From the NCBI GenBank assembly GCA_963792875.1, contig CAWBXV010000001.1, forward strand, positions 116,661 to 180,660: DNA of 64,000 nt. Direction: 5' to 3'. The stretch is from an uncultured Gammaproteobacteria bacterium (GTDB lineage: Bacteria; Pseudomonadota; Gammaproteobacteria; Pseudomonadales; JAHEGP01). A model generated the notes under the pieces. The model did no database searches, had not been told where the DNA came from, and was given only the letters and a program-made list of their open reading frames with translations. A program made the position numbers and the translations under genes. Positions 39,986-52,073 of this stretch are shown one piece after another; within the stretch, counting starts at the first letter, position 1; each line of letters starts with the position of its first letter.

Positions 39986-41203
39986 TCAAAGTGCCGCCAG
40001 GCCCCGCTGCAGATCGGCCCTGATGTCGTCCAGCGCCTCGAGGCCGACCGACACGCGGATCAGGTTCTGGGCGATGCCGGCCTGCTCCCGCTGCTCGTCG
40101 GTAAGCCGGCCGTGGGTGGTGGTGGCGGGGTGCACGATCGTCGACTTGGCGTCGCCGAGGTTGGCGGTAATCGACAGCATGCGCGTCGCATCGATGACGC
40201 GCCAGGCCTCTGCCCTGCCGCCTCGCACCTGGAAGGACAGCACGCCACCGAAAGCCGTCTGCTGCCGCGCCGCCAGCGCATGCTGCGGATGCGTGGGCAA
40301 GCCGGCATAGTAGACGCGCGTGACCGCCGGCTGCTGCTGCAGCCACAGGGCCAGCGCCAGGGCGCTCTCGCTGTGGGCCTGCATGCGCAAGCGCAGCGTC
40401 TCCAGTCCCTTGAGGAAGACCCAGGCGTTGAACGGGCTCATGGTGGGACCGCAGGAGCGCAGAAATCCCAGCACCTCGGCCATGTGGGCGGCGCCGCCCA
40501 CGACCACGCCACCGACACAGCGACCCTGACCGTCGAGATACTTGGTGGCCGAGTGCACCACGATGTCGGCACCGAGCTGCAGCGGCCGCTGCAGCGCGGG
40601 GGTACAGAAGCAATTGTCGACGATGAGCAGGCAGCCATGGCGGTGCGCGAGATCGGCCAGGCGCCGCAGGTCGACCACCTCGCACAGCGGATTGGAGGGG
40701 GTCTCGAGAAACAGCACGCGGGTCTGCGGCGTGAGCGCCGCCTCCCAGGCGCCCTCTTCGGTGGGTGCCACGAAGGTGGCGGCCACCCCGAAGCGCCCCA
40801 GGTACTTGGCCAACAGCGTGGTGGTCGTGCCGAACACGCTGCGCGAGCAGACGACGTGATCGCCCGCCTGCAGCAGCGACATGAAGGCGCTGAGGATTGC
40901 CGCCATACCCGACGCCGTGGCCACGGCGTCCTCACCGCACTCCAGGGCGGCGATGCGCCGCTCGAATATCCGCACCGTGGGATTGGTATAGCGCGAATAG
41001 ACGTTGCCGGGTTCGTCACCGGAAAAGCGCGCCGCCGCGCTCGCGGCGTCGCGAAATACGTAGCTGGAGGTGGTGAATATCGGCTCGCTGTGCTCACCCT
41101 CAGCGGTGCGCACCTGCCCGGCGCGCACCGCCAGCGTGTCCAGCTGCGCGCCCTCCAGAAAGGCCTCCCTCTCGAGCTGCTTGTCCCACTCGTCCACCGT
41201 CAC
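39986..41203 (-). CDS. metZ: O-succinylhomoserine sulfhydrylase (Cys/Met-metabolism PLP enzyme)
   Basis: PLP-enzyme motifs YSRYTNPT and SATKYLDGQG (Lys in the SxxK context). Position directly after purF, as in Pseudomonas. Start probably GTG 41203 (the upstream alternative overlaps purF). Confidence 0.85.
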   Translation of the reverse strand: MTVDEWDKQLEREAFLEGAQLDTLAVRAGQVRTAEGEHSEPIFTTSSYVFRDAASAAARFSGDEPGNVYSRYTNPTVRIFERRIAALECGEDAVATASGMAAILSAFMSLLQAGDHVVCSRSVFGTTTTLLAKYLGRFGVAATFVAPTEEGAWEAALTPQTRVLFLETPSNPLCEVVDLRRLADLAHRHGCLLIVDNCFCTPALQRPLQLGADIVVHSATKYLDGQGRCVGGVVVGGAAHMAEVLGFLRSCGPTMSPFNAWVFLKGLETLRLRMQAHSESALALALWLQQQPAVTRVYYAGLPTHPQHALAARQQTAFGGVLSFQVRGGRAEAWRVIDATRMLSITANLGDAKSTIVHPATTTHGRLTDEQREQAGIAQNLIRVSVGLEALDDIRADLQRGLAAL

Positions 41204-41208
41204 CCCCG

Positions 41209-42714
<1,506 letters not shown>

Positions 42715-42785
42715 CTCCTCGCTCCACCCGGTCCGCAGGACAGGCCGCCGCACGCCCTGCACCATTGACATTAAAGTTTGATTGA

Positions 42786-43298
42786 CTACTTGACGATCTC
42801 TCGAACCCACGCAGCCACCGGCTGCGACGTATCCTTGACCCAGTTCTCCATGAGCAGTAGATGCGGTACCAGCACCGAATCGGTGAACCATGGGGGCTGC
42901 GCTCCCGCTGCGTCCAGCGCCGCCCGCAGCACCATGGTCGCCACTACCGCAGCGACCACGCCTCGCAACGCGCCAAAGGCCATGCCCAGCAGCCGATCCA
43001 GAACGCCCAGCCCGGTCAGCTTGACCACGAGACCGGCCAGGTAGGTGACCAGCGACCCCATGATCAGGGTGGCAATGAACACCGCACCGAAAGCGGCGAT
43101 ACGGCGCACTTCCTCGCTGGCGATGACATCCGCGAGCAGCGCTTCCATGCCCGGGGAAAACATCGTGGCCACGAAAAACGCGGCCACCCAGACCACCAGC
43201 GACATCGCCTCCCTGACGAAGCCCCGCAGCAGTGAGGCCAGCACGGATGCCAACAGCACTGCCAGCAGCGCCCAATCCAGAACGGTGAACTCTGCCAC
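42786..43298 (-). CDS. cvpA: colicin V production protein CvpA
   Basis: [15 protein letters not shown]...[11 protein letters not shown]...[18 protein letters not shown] matches E. coli CvpA. GTG 43298 has GGAG 9 nt upstream, whereas the TTG at 43307 abuts the RBS. Confidence 0.88.
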   Translation of the reverse strand: MAEFTVLDWALLAVLLASVLASLLRGFVREAMSLVVWVAAFFVATMFSPGMEALLADVIASEEVRRIAAFGAVFIATLIMGSLVTYLAGLVVKLTGLGVLDRLLGMAFGALRGVVAAVVATMVLRAALDAAGAQPPWFTDSVLVPHLLLMENWVKDTSQPVAAWVREIVK

Positions 43299-43340
43299 TC
43301 TCGTCAACTCCTTCGCAGGCGGTTCCGGCCGCGGGTGCGG

Positions 43341-43862
43341 TCAGGGCTTGAAGCGCATCACCGCGGGTTGCAGCGCATATTTCGCCGCGATCTTGTTGCG
43401 GTCGCGCTGCGCCATGTACTTGTCGACATAGGGCCCCACGACGACGCGGTTGAGGGTGCCCTTCTGCGACGTCTGCTCCCTGATCTGAGCCCGGTAGCCA
43501 TCGCCCTTCAGGCGTTCGACCAGTTTCACGGCATTGTCGCGATTGCCGAAGCTGCCCACCTGTACCAGCCACGCCACCGGCAGCCCCGCCTTATCGAGAG
43601 ACGGCTTCTCCTCGTCGGCTTTTTCCGGCCGGCTCTGACCGCTGCTGATCTTTTCCTGATACTCCCCGACCGGCGACACGTCCTCGCGCGGTTTGGGCTC
43701 CTCAATGATGCTCGGCTCCGGTTCCGGTGCCTGCGGCAGGTCCGATTCGATCACAAACGATTGATCGCGCTGGGGACTCATCACCAGCGGCCACAGGATC
43801 AGCGCCAGTGCGACCAGTACGACAGCGCCGACCAGGCGCTGCCTAATGCGTTCATTCACCAT
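43341..43862 (-). CDS. dedD: SPOR-domain cell division protein (DedD-like)
   Basis: N-terminal TM ([18 protein letters not shown]), a Pro/Glu-rich linker and a C-terminal SPOR domain ([26 protein letters not shown]). Position between folC and cvpA. Confidence 0.8.
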   Translation of the reverse strand: MVNERIRQRLVGAVVLVALALILWPLVMSPQRDQSFVIESDLPQAPEPEPSIIEEPKPREDVSPVGEYQEKISSGQSRPEKADEEKPSLDKAGLPVAWLVQVGSFGNRDNAVKLVERLKGDGYRAQIREQTSQKGTLNRVVVGPYVDKYMAQRDRNKIAAKYALQPAVMRFKP

Positions 43863-45139
43863 CCAATCCCCGCAAAGCCAGGAACCGCAACGCGGCAGCT
43901 ACCGTGTAGAAGGAGCCCGTCACCACGACCCTGTCGCCGTCATTCATCTGTCCGAGCGCCGCTGCCACGGCATCTGCGACGCTACCGGACAACAGGCTGT
44001 CGACGCCCGGCAGCAGCGCCTGCAGTTGGCGCGGCGCCCGCGCCCGCTGCACGTCCAGCTGCGGCAGCCACCAGCGCCCCTCCGCCACGGGCGCCAGCAC
44101 AGCGCCGAAGCCCGGCGCATCCTTGTCCGCCATGATAGCCAGCACGACATGGGTGCGTCCGGCTACCGGCCTGCTGTGCAGGTACGCCGCCAGGTGCTGC
44201 GCGGCGGCCGGGTTGTGGGCGACGTCCAGCACCACCTCCCGGCCACCGCAGCGCACGGTCTGGCAGCGCCCCGTGAGGCTGGCCTCCGCGACCGCCCGCG
44301 CCAGCACCGCCGCCGCCGGGACATCGAGCAGCAGCGCGGCTGCCTGCAAGGCCACCGCCACCGCAGAGGGCTCCAATCGCAGCGGCTGCGCGCCGCTGAT
44401 CGCCAACGGGGCACCCTCCTGATCGAGGCCATGCCAGCGCCAGCCGCCGTCACCGTCCAGCGCCAGATCGAAGTCGGCGCCGGCCTGCAGCCAGCGGGCG
44501 CCGACTGCCAGCGCGGCCGCCCGCAGGCCCGGGGGTGGGTCGCGCTCCGCGCACAGCGCCGGCACGCCCGCGCGGAATATGCCGGCCTTCTCCCGCGCGA
44601 TGCTCTCCCGGTCCGGACCCAGCCAGTCCTGGTGGTCGAGCTGGATATTCGTCACCACGGCCACGTCGGGGTCCACGATGTTGACGGCATCGAGACGGCC
44701 GCCCAGGCCCACCTCGAGGATGCACCAGTGCGGGCGGTGGTGTTGAAAAAAGCGCAGGGCAGCCAGCGTGCTGAACTCGAAGTAGGTCAGCGACACATCC
44801 CCCCTGGCTCGCTCGACCTCCTCAAAGAGCTGACAGAGCGTCGCATCATCGAGCGCCTGGCCATCGATCCGGATGCGCTCGTTGAAGTGCAGCAGATGGG
44901 GAGACGTATAGCTGCCTACGGACAGCCCGTGGCTGCAAACCAATCGCCTGCAGCGCGGCCACCGTACTGCCCTTGCCGTTGGTGCCGCCCACGATCACCA
45001 CCCGGGATGCCGACAGGTCGAGCTGCATGCGCTCGGCGACACGGCTGACGCGAGCCAGGCCCAACTCGATCTCCCGCGGGTGCAGTGCCTGCAGCCGCGC
45101 CAGCCAATCGTCAAGCGTCAGCGCGTGGCTCCTCCGCAA
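43852..45139 (-). pseudogene. folC: folylpolyglutamate synthase / dihydrofolate synthase FolC, split over two reading frames (apparent 1-nt frameshift near 44929-44963)
   Basis: N-terminal part ([25 protein letters not shown]...VVIVGGTNGKGSTVAALQAIG) lies in ORF 44846..45139. The continuation (HGLSVGSYTSPHLLHFNERIRIDG...to the C-terminus) lies in ORF 43852..44943, one nucleotide out of phase. The two ORFs overlap by 98 nt. Confidence 0.8.
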
Positions 45140-46001
45140 AAGCCGGCTGCCTGGTCAGCTTGCGCAGCAGCTCACCCACTTTGGGCTTGATGTCGTGACG
45201 ATGCAGAATCATGTCGATGGCGCCGTGAGCCAGCAGAAATTCGCTGCGCTGGAACCCCTTGGGGAGCTGCTGGCGGATCGTCTGTTCGATGATATTGGGG
45301 CCGGCAAAACCCGCCCGGGCTCCCGGCTCGGCGATGTTGATATCGCCCAGCATGGCGAGGCTGGCTGACACGCCACCGTAGGTGGGATCGGTAATGACCG
45401 ATATGTAGGGGACCCCGTTGCGCTTCATGCGCTCCAGTACGGCACTGGTCTTGGACATCTGCATGAGGGAGATCAGCGCCTCCTGCATGCGCGCACCGCC
45501 GGTTGCCGAAAAGCACACCAGCGGCATCCGCTCCGCCAGCGCCAGCTGCGCCGCGCGGGTAAAGCGCTCACCGACCGCATAGCCCATGGAGCCACCGTGG
45601 AAATTGAATTCGAAGGCCACGGCCACCAGCGGCAGGCCGTTGACCGTGCCCCGCTGAGCGATCAGCGCGTCCTTTTCTCCGGTCGATTTCTGCGCCGACG
45701 CGAGCCGATCCCGATACTTCTTGACGTCCTTGAACTTGAGGATATCCCTGGGTTCAACGTCGCCCGCGACCTCGGCACGCCCCTCGCCGTCCAGAAAGAT
45801 ATCCAGGCGCCGGCGCGCCCCGATACGCATGTGGTGATCGCACTTGGGGCACACGTCCAGATTGCGCTCGAGCTCGGGACGATACAGCACCGCTTCGCAT
45901 TTGACACATTTCTTCCACAGCCCTTCCGGAATCGTCACCCCTGGACTCGCGCCGGGGTCGTTCTTGACGATCGAGGGCAGAATTTTGTCTATCCAGCTCA
46001 T
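45111..46001 (-). CDS. accD: acetyl-CoA carboxylase carboxyltransferase subunit beta
   Basis: [10 protein letters not shown]...[28 protein letters not shown] (C4 zinc ribbon), then the carboxyltransferase domain [11 protein letters not shown]. Confidence 0.95.
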   Translation of the reverse strand: MSWIDKILPSIVKNDPGASPGVTIPEGLWKKCVKCEAVLYRPELERNLDVCPKCDHHMRIGARRRLDIFLDGEGRAEVAGDVEPRDILKFKDVKKYRDRLASAQKSTGEKDALIAQRGTVNGLPLVAVAFEFNFHGGSMGYAVGERFTRAAQLALAERMPLVCFSATGGARMQEALISLMQMSKTSAVLERMKRNGVPYISVITDPTYGGVSASLAMLGDINIAEPGARAGFAGPNIIEQTIRQQLPKGFQRSEFLLAHGAIDMILHRHDIKPKVGELLRKLTRQPAFAEEPRADA

Positions 46002-46036
46002 TGAAACTTGTTTCCGTGGCTATCAGACCGCCGATT

Positions 46037-46855
46037 TTACACGTTGTCGACGGCGCGGCGAATAGATTCGACCAAAGAAACGGCCGGCGCGATAAGCTCC
46101 TGCGTCGATGCCGCACCGCGGGCGGCTTCGCCGGCGATGCTGTCGACGATGGCGCTGCCGATCACCACCCCGTCACAGTAGCCAGCGACAACCTTGGCAC
46201 TGACGGCATCCTTGATGCCGAAGCCTACCGTTACGGGCAGTTCGGTGCGCTGCCGGATCAGCGCCATTTTGTCCCGCACGGACTCGGTGTCGAGGTGTCC
46301 GGCCCCGGTGACGCCCTTGAGGGACACGTAGTACAGATAGCCCGAGGCGTTGTCACAGACCGCGCTGAGGCGCTCCGGCGCCGTCGTCGGCGCCAGCAGC
46401 ATAATGGTATCGATGCCGCGCGCCGCCAGCAGGTCGCGCAGCTGCCCGCCCTCCTCGGGCGGCAGGTCGACCGTGAGCAGACCGTCGATCTGGCTGGCGG
46501 CGGCGTTCTCGGCAAAGCGCTCATAGCCCATCGCCTCCACCGGGTTGGTATAGCCCATCAGCACCACCGGCGTGTCGGCGTCACCGCGCCTGAACTCGCT
46601 GACCATCTGCAGCACCTGGCGCAGGCTGACGCCGTGCTCCAGCGCACGCTCGTGCGCCTGCTGGATCACCGGCCCCTCCGCCATGGGGTCGGAAAACGGC
46701 ACGCCCAATTCGACAATGTCCGCGCCCGCCGCGACCAGCCCGTGCATGATCGCCACGGTGTGTTCGGGCGCTGGATCGCCCGCCACCAGGTAGGGCACTA
46801 CGGCCTTGCGCTGCTGCTCCTTGAGTCGCCTGAATGTTGCTGCAATTCGAGACAA
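46037..46855 (-). CDS. trpA: tryptophan synthase alpha chain
   Basis: VPYLVAGDP...IVELGVPFSDPMAEGPVIQ...YYVSLKGVTG are TrpA signatures. Starts on a TTG preceded by GGGAGAAGG. Confidence 0.93.
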   Translation of the reverse strand: MSRIAATFRRLKEQQRKAVVPYLVAGDPAPEHTVAIMHGLVAAGADIVELGVPFSDPMAEGPVIQQAHERALEHGVSLRQVLQMVSEFRRGDADTPVVLMGYTNPVEAMGYERFAENAAASQIDGLLTVDLPPEEGGQLRDLLAARGIDTIMLLAPTTAPERLSAVCDNASGYLYYVSLKGVTGAGHLDTESVRDKMALIRQRTELPVTVGFGIKDAVSAKVVAGYCDGVVIGSAIVDSIAGEAARGAASTQELIAPAVSLVESIRRAVDNV

Positions 46856-46887
46856 AGGCCTTCTCCCGTCGATAGTTGCGGTGCTGG

Positions 46888-48096
46888 TCAGAAAGTAATA
46901 CCGTCGATGTCGGCGACCGTGAGGATATCCTTGTCGCCGCGGCCGGACAGGTTCACCACGATGGTCTGCTCCGGGCTCATGCGGCTGGCCAGTTTGCCGG
47001 CGTAGGCAACGGCATGGCTCGACTCCAGGGCCGGCATGATGCCCTCCTCCCGCGTGAGCTGGCGGAATGCCGACAGCGCCTCGGCGTCGGTGACCGAGAC
47101 GTAGTTGGCACGCCCGGCATCTTTCAGCCAGGCGTGCTCAGGGCCGACGCCCGGGTAATCCAGACCCGCCGAGACGGAATGCGTGTGGATGATCTGGCCG
47201 TCGGCATCCTCCATCAGATAGGTGCGGTTGCCGTGCAGCACGCCCGGCCTGCCTGCGCTCAGCGGCGCGGCGTGGCGGCCGGTCTCGATGCCATCGCCGG
47301 CAGCCTCGACGCCGTAGATGCCGACCGAGGCATCGTCCAGAAACGGGTAGAACAGGCCGATGGCGTTGGACCCACCGCCGACGCAGGCGACCAGAGCGTC
47401 CGGCAGGCGGCCGGTCATCTCCAGGCACTGCTGGCGCGCCTCGCGGCCGATGATGGCCTGAAAATCCCTCACCAGCATCGGGTACGGATGCGGTCCGGCC
47501 ACGGTGCCGATGATGTAGAAGGTGTCATCGACGTTGGTGACCCAGTCGCGCATGGCCTCGTTGAGGGCATCCTTGAGGGTCCTGGAGCCGGAGTTCACCG
47601 GCACCACTTCCGCGCCGAGCAGTTTCATGCGATAGACGTTGAGCGACTGGCGCTTGACGTCCTCCGCCCCCATGTACACCTGGCACTCCATACCGAGCCG
47701 CGCCGCTATGGTGGCCGTCGCGACCCCGTGCTGCCCGGCGCCGGTCTCGGCGATCACGCGCCGCTTGCCCGAATACTTGGCCAGCAGCCCCTGCCCGACC
47801 GTGTTGTTGATCTTGTGCGCGCCGGTGTGGTTCAGATCCTCGCGCTTGAGATAGATGCGGGCGCCGCCGATGCGCTCCGACCAGCGCTGCGCATAGTACA
47901 GGGGCGACGGCCGCCCCACGTAATGCGCAAGATCGCGATCCAATTCCGCGATGAAGGAGGGCTTGTCCTTGAGTTCGCGATAACTGCGCTCGAGCTCGTC
48001 GAGCGCAAAAATCAGGGTTTCCGAGACGAAGCGCCCGCCGTAGGGGCCAAAATGGCCGCGTGCGTCGGGTTGTGTCTTGTAGCTTTCCAGTGTCAT
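46888..48096 (-). CDS. trpB: tryptophan synthase beta chain
   Basis: [15 protein letters not shown]...[16 protein letters not shown] (PLP lysine)...GGGSNAIG. 402 aa. Confidence 0.96.
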   Translation of the reverse strand: MTLESYKTQPDARGHFGPYGGRFVSETLIFALDELERSYRELKDKPSFIAELDRDLAHYVGRPSPLYYAQRWSERIGGARIYLKREDLNHTGAHKINNTVGQGLLAKYSGKRRVIAETGAGQHGVATATIAARLGMECQVYMGAEDVKRQSLNVYRMKLLGAEVVPVNSGSRTLKDALNEAMRDWVTNVDDTFYIIGTVAGPHPYPMLVRDFQAIIGREARQQCLEMTGRLPDALVACVGGGSNAIGLFYPFLDDASVGIYGVEAAGDGIETGRHAAPLSAGRPGVLHGNRTYLMEDADGQIIHTHSVSAGLDYPGVGPEHAWLKDAGRANYVSVTDAEALSAFRQLTREEGIMPALESSHAVAYAGKLASRMSPEQTIVVNLSGRGDKDILTVADIDGITF

Positions 48097-48758
48097 GCGC
48101 TTCCCACTCCCAGCTGCGATCCAGCGCTCGACTGGACCTGTTCGATAAATTGCCTGATCTTGGCGCGATCTTTGATGCCCTTGCGCTGCTCGACGCCGCC
48201 GCTGACATCCACGGCATAGGGTTGCACGCGGTGGATGGCCTCGGCGACGTTGCCGGGAGTCAGTCCGCCCGCAAGAACGATGTGGTTACGGAGGCGCGCG
48301 GGGATCAGATCCCAGTCGAAGGTGGTGCCGGTGCCGCCCGGCACGCCGGGGCGGTAACTATCGAGCAGCAGGCCGCGGGCGTCGCCATAGGCGTCGGCCT
48401 GCGCCAGCAGGGAGACCTGGTCGGAGCCCCCCTCGCGCACGGCGATCGCCTTGAGGTACGGACGACCGAAGCTGCGGCAGTAGGCTGCCGTCTCAGCGCC
48501 GTGAAACTGCAGCAGGTCCGGCCGCACGCGGTCGATGACGGCCGCCACGCTGGCCTCGGGCGCATCCACGAACAGCGCCACCACGCTGACAAAAGCCGGT
48601 ACCTCGCGGGCGATCTGCGCGGCCGTTTCGATATCGACGCAGCGCGGGCTGGGCGCATAAAACACCAGCCCCAGCGCGTCCACGCCCTCCTCGACCGCGG
48701 CCACGGCATCCGCCGTACGAGTGATACCGCAGACCTTGATGCGAGTGCGATGCGCCAT
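48093..48758 (-). CDS. trpF: phosphoribosylanthranilate isomerase
   Basis: [12 protein letters not shown]...[12 protein letters not shown]...LQFHGAE...[10 protein letters not shown]. The stop overlaps the trpB ATG (ATGA). Confidence 0.92.
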   Translation of the reverse strand: MAHRTRIKVCGITRTADAVAAVEEGVDALGLVFYAPSPRCVDIETAAQIAREVPAFVSVVALFVDAPEASVAAVIDRVRPDLLQFHGAETAAYCRSFGRPYLKAIAVREGGSDQVSLLAQADAYGDARGLLLDSYRPGVPGGTGTTFDWDLIPARLRNHIVLAGGLTPGNVAEAIHRVQPYAVDVSGGVEQRKGIKDRAKIRQFIEQVQSSAGSQLGVGSA

Positions 48759-48835
48759 GAGTCCCGTGCTGTTGACTGCCCCCGAAATGGCCGCTAATGG
48801 TAGCAGAAAGCAGCGGCAATGGGGGCGATGCCGCG

Positions 48836-49657
48836 TTAAAAAACGGCGCAGTCGCCAACCTGAGCCCAGCCGGGCAATCCGAAGCGATCGGGGTAGAGCG
48901 CGCCGACAAAGTAGAGTCCGTCCGGCGGCGCGGTGACACCACCGGCGCGCCGGTCGCGCGCCTGCAGCACCTGCGCCGTCCAGCCCGGCGCGCGCCTGCC
49001 GCTGCCGACAGCCATGAGGACGCCGGCAATATTCCTGATCATGTGCATCAGAAAGGCATTGGCCTGGATGTCCAGCACGACGAGGTGATCGCGGCGAGAT
49101 ACCGACAGCTGATGGACGTCGCGCACCGGCGTGCGGGACTGGCAGGCGACGGCGCGGTAGGAGGTGAAGTCGTGCGAACCGACCAGGCTTTGCGCCTCGC
49201 GGTGCATCAACTGGTGATCCAGCGGCAGGTGGTGATGGGTGACTTTGCCGGCCATCACCGCGGAGCGCTCCGGCCGGTTGTCGATGAGATAGCGATAGCG
49301 GCGGGCGTGGGCCCGATGGCGGGCATGGAAGCCGCCGTCGACCTCCCTCACCCAGCGCACCACGATGTCGTCGGGAAGGTAGCTATTGCCACCCCGCTGC
49401 CAGGCGCTGAGGGGGCGGCGCGCCGCGGTATCGAAGTGGATGACCTGGCCGAGGGCATGCACGCCGGTATCGGTGCGGCCGGCGCAGTGCACTCTGACCG
49501 GGTGATTCGCCACCCGGGACAGCGCCCGCTCCAGCTCACCCTGCACCGTGCGGGTCGCCGGCTTCGCCTGCAGCTGCCAGCCGTGAAAGCCGGCGCCGTC
49601 GTATTCGACGCCGAGCGCCAGCCTGACCCCGCCGCTGGCTTCGCCCGGATCCGGCAC
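48836..49657 (-). CDS. truA: tRNA pseudouridine(38-40) synthase TruA
   Basis: LALGVEYDGAGFHGWQLQ...VHCAGRTDTGVHALGQV (catalytic Asp). GTG start 7 nt after the fimV stop. Confidence 0.92.
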   Translation of the reverse strand: MPDPGEASGGVRLALGVEYDGAGFHGWQLQAKPATRTVQGELERALSRVANHPVRVHCAGRTDTGVHALGQVIHFDTAARRPLSAWQRGGNSYLPDDIVVRWVREVDGGFHARHRAHARRYRYLIDNRPERSAVMAGKVTHHHLPLDHQLMHREAQSLVGSHDFTSYRAVACQSRTPVRDVHQLSVSRRDHLVVLDIQANAFLMHMIRNIAGVLMAVGSGRRAPGWTAQVLQARDRRAGGVTAPPDGLYFVGALYPDRFGLPGWAQVGDCAVF

Positions 49658-49664
49658 CCGGGCC

Positions 49665-51848
49665 TCAGCTCGCCAACGCCCTGATCATGTCACCGGCCTC
49701 ACGCTGATGCTCCTCGGAACCTTCCGCCAGCACCTCTTCGAGGATATCGCGGGCGCCGTCTTCGTCACCCATATCCATATACGCCCTGGCCAGATCGAGC
49801 TTGGTGGCCACTTCGTCACCATCCGTCAGATCCACCAGCGCGCCATCGTCATCGGCCTGGTCGAGCATCTCGCTCAGCACAGAGGTATCGAGCTGCAGCA
49901 CGCCGCCGTCATCGGCACGCTCACCCTGCAGCTTGAGGGCGCCGCCAAAATCCTCGTCCTCTCCCTGCGCACTGCTGTCTGGCAACTGCAGATCAAACTC
50001 CAGCGGCTCGACGTCGGCCTCAGCACTCTCCCAGGCCAGATCGAATGCGCCGGACTGATCGGCGGCGCGCGCCGGCGCGGCAGCGGCGCCCTGGCCGCGT
50101 GCGGGCTCAAGGGCCTCGGCGGCGTCCTCCAGCCAACCCTTGTCGGACACCAGATGCTGCACCAGCATCAGCGCATCTTCGTCGCCGGCAGCCTGCAGGC
50201 CGGCATAGGCGCTGAGAAAGTCCTCCCGGCGCTCCAGTTCGGCCAGAATGCTCAGCAGTTTGATGTGCAGTTCGGCGCGATCGGCATCTTCACGAATGGC
50301 TTTGCGCAGCATGCCGATGGCCTCTTCGTGGCGCCCGTAGCTGCAATAGATCTCTGCCTCGGCCACCGGATCGAAGGTGGATTCGGCAGCCTCCCACGAC
50401 TCGTCCCGGGTCTGCTCCTCGGCTTCGCTGTCGTGCTGCTGCAGCGCAGCCAGCAGTTCCTCGGTATCGCCCGCCAGCGCCTCGGCGCCAGACGCCCTCG
50501 GGGCGGATGCCGGCTGCGCGTCGTCCAGCATCGGGTCACCGTCATCCTCGTCACCGCGGCGACGCCACGCCAGCGCCGCAGCGCCGGCCGCAGACAGCAG
50601 CCCCAGCAGACCCAGGCCGGGCCAACTCACCACGCGATCGAGCAGACTGTCTGCCGCCATGGCCGCCTCGACCGGCGCTGGGGCGGCGGCATCGGCCTGA
50701 TCCTCGCGGAAATTGAGGTCGACGCCAGCCGGGTTGGCGCCGTCTGCGGCCAGCTCGCTCTGGAGCGATGCCAGCTGCTGATCCTTGAGCTGAATGAGCT
50801 GCTCGAGCGTGGCGATCTGATCCTGCAGGTCATCCACGCGGGAATCGAGCTCGGCGTTATCGCGCTCTGCCCGGTCGAGTTTCTCCTCGGTCGCCACCAG
50901 GTCGTTCTGCAGTGTGGCAACCGCCCCGCTGACGGCGCCGGTCCCATCTTTGCGCCCGACCACATCCGCCGCGGCCTGGGCCTGGGCGTCGCCGCCGGCG
51001 AGCTTCATATAGCTCTCCTCGGAGGCGGCTGGCGCCGTGGTGCTGGCGACATTGCCCGCCCGCAGCGGCACCGCTTTCGCCTCACGCCATGCGTCGTTCT
51101 GCACGGCCACCGCATTGATGGCCTGCTGGCGCGTCAGCGAGGCATATTCCTCATTGGTCGGCAGGCGCAGCACCTGCCCCTTGCGCAGGCCGTTGATATT
51201 CTGCTCATCAAAGGCGGCCGTATTCTTGGTATAGATCGCCATCATCGCCTGTTGCATGGTGACGCTCTCGGGCTTGACCTTCTCCGCGATGCCCCATAGC
51301 GAGTCATTGCGCCGGGTCGTCACCTCGCTCGGCAGCGCGGCAGCGCTCGGCGCCGGCGCCGGGGCGCGGTAGGCGACGCGAGCCACCGGTGCCACCCTGC
51401 CGGCCCTGGCAGCCACGGCTGCCGGGGCCGGCTTCGCGGCAGGCTCATTGGAGAAAGTCGGCAGGTCGACCAGCACGGTGTATTCGCGCAGCAGCCTGCC
51501 CTCCGGCCAGCGGGCCTCCAGCACGAAATCCAGAAACGGCTCGCGCACCAGCTTTTCCGAGGTGATCTTGACGAAGCCGCCGCCCTTGCCATCGAGGGTC
51601 ACGGCGAACTTGAGGTCGCTGAGGAAAATGACGCGCTCCACGCCGGCGCGCTCGAAGTCCCTGAGCCCCGCCAGTCTGACGGCGATCTGCTGGTTATTCA
51701 GGTCGCCGACGTTGTTCAGCTCGATGCGGGCTGACAGCGGCTGATTGAGACTGGATTCAAGCTCTATCTCGCCCAACCCCAGCGCAGCCAAAATTGATGA
51801 ATGCAACGCACTGACCGCAAATACGACACCGGCAAGCTTTCGAGCCAT
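49665..51848 (-). CDS. fimV: FimV-family peptidoglycan-binding protein (LysM, acidic repeats, C-terminal TPR-like FimV motif)
   Basis: 727 aa. Signal/anchor, FimV N-domain, LysM (TTRRNDSLWGIAEKV...GLRKGQVLRLP), a coiled-coil, a TM (GLGLLGLLSAAGAAALAW) and an acidic C-terminus ending LDLARAYMDMGDEDGARDILEEVL. Position between asd and truA, as in Pseudomonas. Confidence 0.88.
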   Translation of the reverse strand: MARKLAGVVFAVSALHSSILAALGLGEIELESSLNQPLSARIELNNVGDLNNQQIAVRLAGLRDFERAGVERVIFLSDLKFAVTLDGKGGGFVKITSEKLVREPFLDFVLEARWPEGRLLREYTVLVDLPTFSNEPAAKPAPAAVAARAGRVAPVARVAYRAPAPAPSAAALPSEVTTRRNDSLWGIAEKVKPESVTMQQAMMAIYTKNTAAFDEQNINGLRKGQVLRLPTNEEYASLTRQQAINAVAVQNDAWREAKAVPLRAGNVASTTAPAASEESYMKLAGGDAQAQAAADVVGRKDGTGAVSGAVATLQNDLVATEEKLDRAERDNAELDSRVDDLQDQIATLEQLIQLKDQQLASLQSELAADGANPAGVDLNFREDQADAAAPAPVEAAMAADSLLDRVVSWPGLGLLGLLSAAGAAALAWRRRGDEDDGDPMLDDAQPASAPRASGAEALAGDTEELLAALQQHDSEAEEQTRDESWEAAESTFDPVAEAEIYCSYGRHEEAIGMLRKAIREDADRAELHIKLLSILAELERREDFLSAYAGLQAAGDEDALMLVQHLVSDKGWLEDAAEALEPARGQGAAAAPARAADQSGAFDLAWESAEADVEPLEFDLQLPDSSAQGEDEDFGGALKLQGERADDGGVLQLDTSVLSEMLDQADDDGALVDLTDGDEVATKLDLARAYMDMGDEDGARDILEEVLAEGSEEHQREAGDMIRALAS

Positions 51849-52044
51849 GATTCCCTACCCTTGAATTATTCGCTACCGCCTGCAGAGACCCGCCATCGAT
51901 CGGCGCAGGCGCCCAAACGCGCCCATCCGCCCCTCCCAACGAAGCCGGTCATCGACCGCTGCAGAATCGAAATAAAGTATTCATTACCAATGGGGGTTGC
52001 GCAAGAAAATAGGCGCGACAAGCGGCGGAATGAGAACCGCTACG

Positions 52045-52070
52045 AAAAAAGACCGCGGGCACTGTGCGTC
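52045..52070 (-). terminator. weak candidate intrinsic terminator after asd
   Basis: Minus strand GACGC-acagtgccc-GCGGTC (5-bp stem with one bulge) followed by TTTTTT, 4 nt after the asd stop. Confidence 0.35.
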
Positions 52071-52073
52071 GGC

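Noticed and set aside
44929-44963. Programmed +1 ribosomal frameshift in folC
   Set aside because: No in-frame stop or rare codon at the shift site, no upstream SD-like stimulator, and no known precedent for folC. An indel (real or technical) is the simpler explanation.
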